DNA of 20,000 bases, taken from the IMG/VR virus record IMGVR_UViG_3300037400_001705; one strand, given 5' to 3'. Of this stretch, positions 8,168-15,569 are shown one piece after another. The DNA is from an uncultured virus (IMG/VR IMGVR_UViG_3300037400_001705). Taxonomy: Duplodnaviria > Heunggongvirae > Uroviricota > Caudoviricetes. Positions within the stretch are counted from its first letter, which is position 1, and each line of letters begins with the position of its first letter. The translations under genes were made by a program, and so were the position numbers. The notes below the pieces were generated by a model. It was not told the origin of the DNA, did not search any database, and saw only the letters and a list, made by a program, of their open reading frames with translations.

Positions 8168-8979
8168 CGCAAGAAGGACTGATAGAATTTGTAGACACAC
8201 CACAAGCCGACGACAATATTCAGGTGTTCAGTCACGCCAAGTTTGGGCAGATTCGCATTGCTGGAACAGCAGATGCTCCAGAGTTCTGCGCAATGGACTT
8301 GTGTAAAGCATTGGGTTACACAAATGGAAGAGATGCAGTAGCAAAGCATGTCGATAACCCTGACGTAGCAAAACGCGACGCATGGGTAGTAACAGGAAAA
8401 AAGGCAGACGGTTCCGATGCTAAACGCCTAACCTCCCTTACGTTCGTGAATGAATCGGGTATGTATGCTTTGATTTTTGGAAGCACTCTTCCACAAGCCA
8501 AGCAGTTCAAGCATTGGGTAACGTCTGAGGTGCTACCGTCCATCAGAAAGACGGGTTCCTATTCCGTTGAACAGCTTTCACGAAAGCAGCTTGCTCTCAT
8601 GGTGGTCCAGGCAGAGGAAGAAAAGGAACGTCTCGCTCTTGAGAACAAACAACAGGCAGAGCTTCTTGAAGAGCAAAAGCCAAAAGTTGTGTTCGCTGAT
8701 GCTGTTATTGGCAGCGGAAACAATATCCTTGTGCGTGACCTCGCCAAGCTCATTTGCCAGAATGGCTATCAGATTGGAGAAATCAGGCTTTACAAGTGGT
8801 TGCGCGAACACAAGTACCTCACGCTTGAAAACAAGCCGATGCAGCGTTACGTTGAGCAGGGCCTGTTCTATTTAGAAGAAGGCACCCACACAGAGAAAGG
8901 AGTCATGAAGTCTCACACCGTAACGAAGGTTACGGGCAAAGGTCAAAGCTATTTCATCAACAAATTCATGTCGGAATGA
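8164..8979 (+). CDS. phage antirepressor (BRO-N + KilAC/ANT domain)
   Basis: FGQIR, FCAMDLCKALGY, VNESGMYALIFGS, FKHWVTSEVLPSIRKTGSY; KPKVVFADAV, KVTGKGQSYFINKF. Confidence 0.93.
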   Translation: MTQEGLIEFVDTPQADDNIQVFSHAKFGQIRIAGTADAPEFCAMDLCKALGYTNGRDAVAKHVDNPDVAKRDAWVVTGKKADGSDAKRLTSLTFVNESGMYALIFGSTLPQAKQFKHWVTSEVLPSIRKTGSYSVEQLSRKQLALMVVQAEEEKERLALENKQQAELLEEQKPKVVFADAVIGSGNNILVRDLAKLICQNGYQIGEIRLYKWLREHKYLTLENKPMQRYVEQGLFYLEEGTHTEKGVMKSHTVTKVTGKGQSYFINKFMSE

Positions 8980-8980
8980 T

Positions 8981-9217
8981 ATGGAAGAAATGAAAGTTGC
9001 TAAAATCGACACCCGCAAACTCTGGCTATCCAACCGCGAAGCTGCAAAGTATCTCGGCGTCAGCAAGGATTGGCTCAAAGAACGTCGAGATAATGGCACG
9101 CTGCACTACTCAGTGGTTGGCAACACCATCTTCTACATCAAAAAGGAGGTTGACCATCTGATAGCCGATAATGCAATATCTGGAATCTCTCTGTTCAAAG
9201 AATCAATAAGAGGATAA
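8981..9217 (+). CDS. excisionase-like HTH (HTH_17) protein
   Basis: WLSNREAAKYLGVSKDWLKERRDNGTLHY. Confidence 0.8.
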   Translation: MEEMKVAKIDTRKLWLSNREAAKYLGVSKDWLKERRDNGTLHYSVVGNTIFYIKKEVDHLIADNAISGISLFKESIRG

Positions 9218-9326
9218 AATCCCATCGAGGTTTCAAAATGTCGCGAGATATCACCTCAATTTAGTTTCCTAACAAAGTAAAGTTCTACGTTACCTTGGCC
9301 GCTGTGAAGTTCCCAAGTTTTATCAA

Positions 9327-9427
9327 GAGAATAGGAGCTGCAACAAATCTTTTTTTCATGTTTTTTAACAATGCAGTGGCCTTGCCCGCGAGGGTTCAAG
9401 AGTGGTTCGATTCCCCACTCATTCTCA
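9327..9427 (+). ncRNA. tRNA-like RNA with 29-nt loop (antisense candidate)
   Basis: Acceptor-like GAGAAT/ATTCTC+A; T-arm GAGTGG-TTCGATTC-CCACTC; stem CTGCA/TGCAG (9338-9342/9372-9376) enclosing a 29-nt loop; GCGA-tetraloop hairpin; no D-arm. Confidence 0.6.
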
Positions 9428-9453
9428 CAATACGAAGCGTCGTAGGAATAGCA

Positions 9454-9541
9454 GGCAGTAATGCCCGTGTGAGTAACATTATGAACAACGTTAAACTTCA
9501 TAAACGGCCACCAAGGATGGTCGGGCGGGTGCAAATCCCGC
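9454..9541 (+). ncRNA. structured RNA with T-arm-like hairpin and large loop
   Basis: GGCA-GTAA-TGCC; CCGT...ACGG enclosing 35 nt; GGCCA/TGGTC; GCGGG-TGCAAAT-CCCGC; no acceptor stem found. Confidence 0.4.
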
Positions 9542-9728
9542 AGAAGGAAGCAACGGTACTGTATCGGAGGCGATAGGAAATGTCTTGCGGTTTCAGATGT
9601 TCAACGAATAATGCTACGCTATTGTTATCACATTAAAATCATATCGGCACACGTCGATTGGTTCGGTACTTTGGCAGCTTGGAATTAGACAAGCACCCTG
9701 CGGACTCACACCCGCAGGTTTAAAACTC

Positions 9729-9830
9729 GGGGAACGGGAGTCCAAAGGCCACGGACACCCTCGGGATGAAACCACTCGGAGGCTTTGCCCCTCGGTACTG
9801 GTGTTAGCGGTTCGACTCCGCTGTTCTCCA
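9729..9830 (+). ncRNA. tRNA-like RNA with non-canonical inner arms
   Basis: 7-bp acceptor GGGGAAC/GTTCTCC+A; T-arm AGCGG-TTCGACT-CCGCT; inner hairpins but no standard D-arm or 7-nt anticodon loop. Confidence 0.6.
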
Positions 9831-9838
9831 CAAAATTT

Positions 9839-9911
9839 GCTCCAATAGCTCAGCGAATAGAGCAACTGATTTCTAATCAGTAGGTCGTGGGTTTGAATCC
9901 CTCTTGGAGCA
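9839..9911 (+). tRNA. tRNA-Arg(TCT)
   Basis: GCTCCAA/TTGGAGC acceptor, GCTC/GAGC D-stem, ACTGA-TTTCTAA-TCAGT anticodon arm; T-loop TTTGAAT and one T-stem mismatch; CCA not encoded. Confidence 0.85.
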
Positions 9912-9914
9912 CAG

Positions 9915-9925
9915 AGTTCTTTGAC
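9915..9925 (+). promoter_or_regulatory. boxA-like antitermination motif
   Basis: AGTTCTTTGAC resembles boxA (TGCTCTTTAAC). Confidence 0.4.
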
Positions 9926-10082
9926 TTATTGACACAAATAAAGTACACCGCAAAATAGAAGTTTGATGAAATGATTCATCGAGTAATAAACCAAATATAT
10001 GCCCCTGAAAGGACAGGGGAGAGGTGAAAGTCCTCACAGAACAGATAACAAACCCACACTGCCCTCAGTCGTGAGGGCAACA

Positions 10083-10182
10083 CCCCACTTAGCTCAGAAG
10101 GTAGAGCGTCGGCACACTATTGAAGATGTTTGCCATAAATGTATATAGCCGAAGGTCGCAGGTTCGAATCCTGCAGTGGGGA
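10083..10182 (+). ncRNA. tRNA-like RNA: intact cloverleaf with 34-nt anticodon loop
   Basis: CCCCACT/AGTGGGG+A; TA-GCTC-AGAAGGTA-GAGC; TCGGC/GCCGA around loop 10114-10147; AGGTC; GCAGG-TTCGAAT-CCTGC. Confidence 0.85.
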
Positions 10183-10184
10183 CT

Positions 10185-10361
10185 ATGGAAATATATATAA
10201 GCAAAACCAATTACAAGCTCCTGTGTGAGCTTATTGACAAGGCGGTGGCTATCATACAGCAAGGCAATCCATCGAATCGTGAGTACAATATTGCCCGTCG
10301 GCTCAGACTGACTAAAAATGCCATCGTCAGGAGTGTCGAGAAAGCTAACAAAAAGAAATAA
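10185..10361 (+). CDS. hypothetical protein
   Basis: 58 aa basic ORF; ATG starts 3 nt after the tRNA-like discriminator base. Confidence 0.6.
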   Translation: MEIYISKTNYKLLCELIDKAVAIIQQGNPSNREYNIARRLRLTKNAIVRSVEKANKKK

Positions 10362-10362
10362 T

Positions 10363-11226
10363 ATGGAAAAAGAAATTCACATTCATGGCGGTGTCGTTGA
10401 CAGCATCAACGCCCAAGGCGGTATAGTCTATCTATACAACGGAGTGGTGAAGAGTTTAAACCTTCAAAGTGGCCGCTTTATTCAGCATGGCGGTATTTTA
10501 AATAACAATGTTCAAACCGAGCCAAAGGTTATTTACAAAGACCGCATCATTTACAGAGACTCTACTATGGTTGGGTCTCTTTTGGAAAAGATTCGGAAAC
10601 TCGAAGAAGAACTTGGAAAGAAGAAGGCCGAGGAAACAAAGAGTGATGACGTTCTTGTTAGGCGTATTGAACATCTGGAATCCGTTATTGAACTTGAACG
10701 TAGGCAACACGAACGCAAAATAAACGAACTGAAAGAGAATCTGAAAGGCGTCAAAGAGGCATACCACAATCTTCTTCACCAGCAGAAGAATGTTGATACC
10801 AACAAACTCAGCCAGCAGATCGCCGACGAACACATTGACATTCTTGCTACACTGATGGCAGCTTATCCATTCACTCCAACGGAGGACTTGTCGCTGGAGT
10901 TTGGTATCACACCAGCACGCATCAACTATGTTGCACAGGTCCTTGGTTCCATCAAATCCAAAGAGGCCCGTCTGGAAGCTCGCGAATATCTCCGCAGGCA
11001 GAATATTCAATTCATAGACCGTCGTGGTGGCAACCAAGGAAACTTCCCCAACAAGAAACAAGTAGAGAAAGTTGCCAGGAATGGTCGAATGATAGAAACT
11101 TACGATAGTATCACTGAAGCCATGGAAAAGACAGGCATGTGTGAAAAGACTATCAGATTGTATTGCAACGCTAAGAAGAAGAAATACACCAAGGATGGAT
11201 ATACCTTCCGATTCAAACAACAATAA
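10363..11226 (+). CDS. coiled-coil protein with C-terminal NUMOD1-like DNA-binding motif
   Basis: KQVEKVARNGRMIETYDSITEAMEKTG...IRLYC...GYTFRF. Confidence 0.7.
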   Translation: MEKEIHIHGGVVDSINAQGGIVYLYNGVVKSLNLQSGRFIQHGGILNNNVQTEPKVIYKDRIIYRDSTMVGSLLEKIRKLEEELGKKKAEETKSDDVLVRRIEHLESVIELERRQHERKINELKENLKGVKEAYHNLLHQQKNVDTNKLSQQIADEHIDILATLMAAYPFTPTEDLSLEFGITPARINYVAQVLGSIKSKEARLEAREYLRRQNIQFIDRRGGNQGNFPNKKQVEKVARNGRMIETYDSITEAMEKTGMCEKTIRLYCNAKKKKYTKDGYTFRFKQQ

Positions 11227-11230
11227 CGAT

Positions 11231-11944
11231 ATGCTATTACTGAATATGACACCTGAAGAGGTGCGCAACGAGATTCTGAAAGACCTCCCCAATGTAGAGA
11301 ATTGGGAACGCCACCTATGGAAAGACTTTCGCCGGAAGTCGCTTAAGATGCACGACTTCCCGAAATATCTTTTCACGGAGTATGTCAGCCCTCGAAAGAA
11401 TACTTGGCTTGTAACAACCAAATTCTTCGGCAAGGATGACTTCTCTTCTACCTTCGGTGTTCTACAGATTCAGAATGGCCTCGTTCTTCATCAGGCTTTT
11501 GTCAACCAGGCAGAGCAGAAGTTTTCTACCATCTGCACATTCATTCCTCACTTCTTCGAGAGGTACGCTCAGTACAATAATCTCGAACTTAAAGGAAAGG
11601 CTCTGATAAAGCAGATGCTAAAAGATGACTGTTCTTTCAATATCGACAGGACACAATATATCTCTGGACGTAAGGAACGCCATAGGGATGACAATGTTCA
11701 CGCTTGTATGAAGAATGTTGTTGGTCTTGGTTATGAGGTTGGCAAACGTCACTATCTGATAAAAACCTGCATAACCTACGACATGTCTATGGGCAAGCAG
11801 AAGGAGATATTCGAGTCCAAGCGCAACGATGTTCTGAGAGTAACGGCCAAGCCATCACTCTTCACACAACCGTTGACACGGATAAACTTAGGAATCACTG
11901 AAAAAGTAGTTGAAAAGCTCAAGCGAAAGCTGGGCATGAAATAG
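11231..11944 (+). CDS. hypothetical phage protein
   Basis: Long ORF in a tightly packed operon; start MLLLNMTPEEV. Confidence 0.7.
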   Translation: MLLLNMTPEEVRNEILKDLPNVENWERHLWKDFRRKSLKMHDFPKYLFTEYVSPRKNTWLVTTKFFGKDDFSSTFGVLQIQNGLVLHQAFVNQAEQKFSTICTFIPHFFERYAQYNNLELKGKALIKQMLKDDCSFNIDRTQYISGRKERHRDDNVHACMKNVVGLGYEVGKRHYLIKTCITYDMSMGKQKEIFESKRNDVLRVTAKPSLFTQPLTRINLGITEKVVEKLKRKLGMK

Positions 11945-11970
11945 TGTTTAATTTAATTTTAGTATCAGTC

Positions 11971-12399
11971 ATGCAGAAAGTATTAGGTCAAGACATCAAA
12001 GACCTTGAGGAAAGAAAACAATTCCTCATTGACAATGCTGACAAGGTGGTTGAAATTGACTACCACAAGTCATTTGATTCTGACGAGATGGCTAAGATGA
12101 AGACGGATTTTGCCGAGAAGCATATCCGTATTGCCACGCTCGAAGAGAAGATCAAGGATTACAAAGACGAAATCAACCAAGAGTTGAAGCCTCTCAAAGA
12201 GGAAGTTTCTGTTATCCGCGAAAACCTCAAGTCCAAGGGTAAGCTCGTTCATGAGAAATGCTATCAGTTCCTCGATGAAGACGAACGTATGGTGTGCATC
12301 TACAATGCCGAGGGTATTCTTGTTTCCTCTCGCCCTGCAACACGCGACGAATTACAGAAGACAATCCAGGCAGAAATCCGTATCGCTGCCAATCAGTAA
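11971..12399 (+). CDS. hypothetical phage protein (coiled coil)
   Basis: ORF MQKVLGQD..., in operon context with AT-rich leader. Confidence 0.75.
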   Translation: MQKVLGQDIKDLEERKQFLIDNADKVVEIDYHKSFDSDEMAKMKTDFAEKHIRIATLEEKIKDYKDEINQELKPLKEEVSVIRENLKSKGKLVHEKCYQFLDEDERMVCIYNAEGILVSSRPATRDELQKTIQAEIRIAANQ

Positions 12400-12419
12400 C
12401 ATTTTAAACCATTAGTAAC

Positions 12420-13172
12420 ATGGATCCAGAGAAATTGAACATTAACTTCGCAGATGGCGAAGCAGTAAAGGAACTCATTATTCGTGAGGTCGACAATGTG
12501 GTAGAAGATAAGCTGCCAGTGCTTGAGCCTGACAAAGTTTCCATCAACGGCACGATCTCGGCAATCTTCGCTTTCCTCGAAAAGCGTTGGAATGCTGAGG
12601 ACAAACAGATTGACCACTGTCGTACTCATATTCTTGTTGACCGCGACAAACTCATGATGACACTCATTGTCAACGAGACTGACAAGCGTGAAAGAAAACA
12701 GGTAGTAGGCAAGATTGCTCTATCGCGCCAATTTCTCGCGTTCGGTATCAACGAAAAGAGTAATTGGGACCCCATGGATTTGGGTAACTTCTTCAAGATT
12801 AACCGCACGTACTTCACCAGCAAAGATGAAAACATGCTGTTGGTAACGAAACTTAAGAGTTTCCGGGCTGTCGTCAATCAAACTGTAGAGCGTGAAGAGA
12901 AAGAGAATGGTTCAAAGATTGACGTATTCCGTCAGGTGGTTGACAGCTCGCTACCAAAGGAATTTGCTATCTGTATTCCTATTTTCAAGGGTACTGAGCC
13001 ATCCATTATTAAGGTTGAGGTTATTGCCCACGTTCATGGTCGTGAGTTTGAGTTGGAACTCATATCTGCTGATGCCGCTGCCATTGTTGAAGAATGCCGT
13101 GACAATCTCTTCGACGAGCAGATTGCAAAAATCAAGGAGCTGGCTCCTGAGATTCCTATCATTGAGGTATGA
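12420..13172 (+). CDS. hypothetical phage protein (possibly YfdQ/DUF2303-like)
   Basis: 250 aa acidic ORF; LPKEFAICIPIFKG and C-terminal IPIIEV are reminiscent of that family (weak). Confidence 0.65.
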   Translation: MDPEKLNINFADGEAVKELIIREVDNVVEDKLPVLEPDKVSINGTISAIFAFLEKRWNAEDKQIDHCRTHILVDRDKLMMTLIVNETDKRERKQVVGKIALSRQFLAFGINEKSNWDPMDLGNFFKINRTYFTSKDENMLLVTKLKSFRAVVNQTVEREEKENGSKIDVFRQVVDSSLPKEFAICIPIFKGTEPSIIKVEVIAHVHGREFELELISADAAAIVEECRDNLFDEQIAKIKELAPEIPIIEV

Positions 13173-13372
13173 TGCAGTCCAATAACAGAAGTGGTAGTAA
13201 TTCCGCTACCACTTCTTCACGTCGCTACTACTATCGTAGGCATGGGCGTGACTTTGAGATTTGCGAGACCGCTACAGGTCAGGCCGTCTTTCCGTATATC
13301 CGTTTCCGTTCACAGGAAGAGGCCAAGAACAAAGTCTATGAAATGAATGGTTGGAAACCAAAAACAAGTTAA
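13169..13372 (+). CDS. hypothetical protein
   Basis: 67 aa; ATGA overlap with upstream gene; contains an 11-bp hairpin at 13187-13216. Confidence 0.55.
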   Translation: MMQSNNRSGSNSATTSSRRYYYRRHGRDFEICETATGQAVFPYIRFRSQEEAKNKVYEMNGWKPKTS

Positions 13373-13376
13373 TATA

Positions 13377-14273
13377 ATGAATAACATTTTAGACACTATC
13401 AAGACTGTTCCTCATGAGCAGATTCCCGATGTCGCACACGAAAAGTTTGTGCAGGTTTATTCACAAAAGTTCGGTCCTGAGAAGGCTGAGGCATTCTTTG
13501 AAGAGCAGAAGAATCTCTTCATCAACGAGCTTACCTATGGCTCCTATGCCAACATGCTAAAGCAGGCTGACGGAATGTCAATCTACTTTGCCTTCCTTTT
13601 CCTGGCAATCAACGGACTCTCCATCGAGAAGGGAACAACAACGACGTGTTATTTGGAGTGCCGACGGGTGAAGATTGGCGAAGACCCAAACAATCTCGAT
13701 CCAAAGTATCACCGCCCTACTCCCATCTATCAGAGTAATGCCGTCATCACTATCACTGGTTATGGTGAGATTGTACTGCGCCAGCGTGCAGGACAGATTC
13801 GCTCCGTCGATTCTCCAAAGGTTGTGTACGACTGCGACACGTTCCGTTATGGTGAGTCCGATGGCCGTCCTACTCTGACTTGGGAGAAATGTCTGCCACG
13901 TCCGCAAGGCTCAAAGGTTATCGCCTGTTACGTCCGCATCATCAAAAACGATGGCTCTGCTGACTATTTCGTTCTCGACACAGACGAAATCCTGAGACTC
14001 AAAGCCTACTCGGGCAAATCAAATTTTGGCAAGGCTAACGCTTTGTACGGAACACAGGCTGATGGCTCTGACATTGATACAGGATTCCTCAAGTCAAAGA
14101 CCGTGAAGCATGCTTTCAAAGGCTATCCAAAACTTTCCATTGGTGCCGGTGGTGCTTTCGAATCTGACAAGGACCTCGAACCATCAGAACAGCCAGCAGC
14201 TCCCGAACAGACTGCCGCACCTGCTAATGGTGTAACAGTAGAATCCCAGGAAGATGACCCATTTAATCAGTAA
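13377..14273 (+). CDS. recT: RecT/Redbeta-like ssDNA-annealing protein
   Basis: AINGLS, CYL, ITGYGEIVLRQRAGQI, VVYDCDTF, KTVKHAFKGYPK; acidic DDPF tail. Confidence 0.8.
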   Translation: MNNILDTIKTVPHEQIPDVAHEKFVQVYSQKFGPEKAEAFFEEQKNLFINELTYGSYANMLKQADGMSIYFAFLFLAINGLSIEKGTTTTCYLECRRVKIGEDPNNLDPKYHRPTPIYQSNAVITITGYGEIVLRQRAGQIRSVDSPKVVYDCDTFRYGESDGRPTLTWEKCLPRPQGSKVIACYVRIIKNDGSADYFVLDTDEILRLKAYSGKSNFGKANALYGTQADGSDIDTGFLKSKTVKHAFKGYPKLSIGAGGAFESDKDLEPSEQPAAPEQTAAPANGVTVESQEDDPFNQ

Positions 14274-14278
14274 CTATC

Positions 14279-15568
14279 ATGGCAGAAAATCAGTTACAAG
14301 TAATTATTCAGCAGTCAGCGGAAGTCACAAAGAATGTGGCTTCCATCAAGACTGACATCACCAACGCTATTCAAGAGAACAACACTTCCTTGCAGAACTG
14401 CATCAAAGCTGGCGAGAATTTGCTTGCTCAGTCCGGTGAAATGACTGACGAGTTGGATGCTCAGATTGCTTCTTATATCAAGAAAGCATCTGCCACCAAG
14501 AAAGCAATGACCGAGCGACGTAAGGGTGTTACTCAGGTGTTCGACCTCGTAAAGTCTGGCTTTACAAAGATGGAGTCCCTTCTTGATTCCAAGTCAGAAG
14601 AAAGCATCATCTATAAGCTTCAGAAGAAACGTGACGAATATGCTGCGTTCAAGGTGGAACAGCAGCGTAAGGCTGAGGAAGAGCGTCAACGGCTTGCCCG
14701 TATAGAAGCTGCCAAGATTCAGCTCCACGACGATATTATCTCTGTCTGCGATCAGATTGTCAACGAGAAAACTTCTGAGGCCCTTGATAAGCTGACAAAC
14801 AGCTTTAAGTTGCTCACTCTCGACAATATTGAGGCTGTTAAGAAGGAAATCTACAGCGTTCCAACGGAAATCGTCATCGGTACTTATCTGAAAGACCGCA
14901 AGCCGTCATATTCTCCTGAGATTCCAGAAGAGGATGCTCGTAAGATTATGAACGGAGCCTATAAGGAAGTCGCTGACTCCTTGGCTAAGTCCTATGGAGA
15001 TTCTGTTTCTTCTGCCCGTCAGGATATTCTTGACACCTTCGACTCTAAGGTTGCAGAACTCCAGGAGCAGAAGCGTCTCGACGATGAACGTAAAGAGGCT
15101 GAGCGCAAGGCGAAAGAGGCTAAGGATGAAGCCGAGCGTAAGGCAGCAGAGGAAGCAGCCAAGAAAGCCGAGGAAGAGCGTAAGAAACGCGAGGAAGAGC
15201 TGAAAGCAGCTGAGGCAGCAGCCGAGAAAGAACGCCAAGCCAAGGCTGAGGAAGAAAAGAAAAAGCGAGAGGAAGAAGAGAGACTTCGTAAGGCTCAGTC
15301 TCAGTCTCAGACTCTCTTCGACCAGACTCCCACCGTTTCCGCTCCCGTCAAGGTGAAAGTTTCTCACCATATTGAGGTGGATGCTCCTAACGGCTATCTC
15401 GCCATCATTCAGATGTGGTGGGCGCGCGAAGGTTCAAACATGTCTCTCGAAGAATTAGCCAAGAAACTCGGATTCATGGTCAAAACCTGCGAAAAGCTCA
15501 AAAACAAGGATGACATTTCTGTTATCGACGAGCACGTTCTCTATGTCGAAGATATTGCAGCGAAGTAA
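14279..15568 (+). CDS. long coiled-coil protein of the recombination module
   Basis: 429 aa, E/K/A/R-rich heptads, between recT and the exonuclease. Confidence 0.75.
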   Translation: MAENQLQVIIQQSAEVTKNVASIKTDITNAIQENNTSLQNCIKAGENLLAQSGEMTDELDAQIASYIKKASATKKAMTERRKGVTQVFDLVKSGFTKMESLLDSKSEESIIYKLQKKRDEYAAFKVEQQRKAEEERQRLARIEAAKIQLHDDIISVCDQIVNEKTSEALDKLTNSFKLLTLDNIEAVKKEIYSVPTEIVIGTYLKDRKPSYSPEIPEEDARKIMNGAYKEVADSLAKSYGDSVSSARQDILDTFDSKVAELQEQKRLDDERKEAERKAKEAKDEAERKAAEEAAKKAEEERKKREEELKAAEAAAEKERQAKAEEEKKKREEEERLRKAQSQSQTLFDQTPTVSAPVKVKVSHHIEVDAPNGYLAIIQMWWAREGSNMSLEELAKKLGFMVKTCEKLKNKDDISVIDEHVLYVEDIAAK

Positions 15569-15569
15569 T

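Noticed and set aside
9256..9865. ORFs 9295-9576 (+), 9256-9534 (-) and 9614-9865 (-)
   Set aside because: They overlap RNA structures and have no recognisable protein features.
10130..10136. TTGCCAT as a Gly(GCC) anticodon loop on an extended stem
   Set aside because: Flanking pairing is weak and the acceptor stem and discriminator lack Gly identity; kept only as a minor alternative.
10498..11433. 311-aa minus-strand ORF and other antisense or alternate-frame ORFs
   Set aside because: Shadows of well-supported plus-strand genes in a tightly packed operon.
15060..15300. Tandem DNA repeat
   Set aside because: Reflects E/K/A/R-rich coiled-coil coding, not a discrete repeat element.
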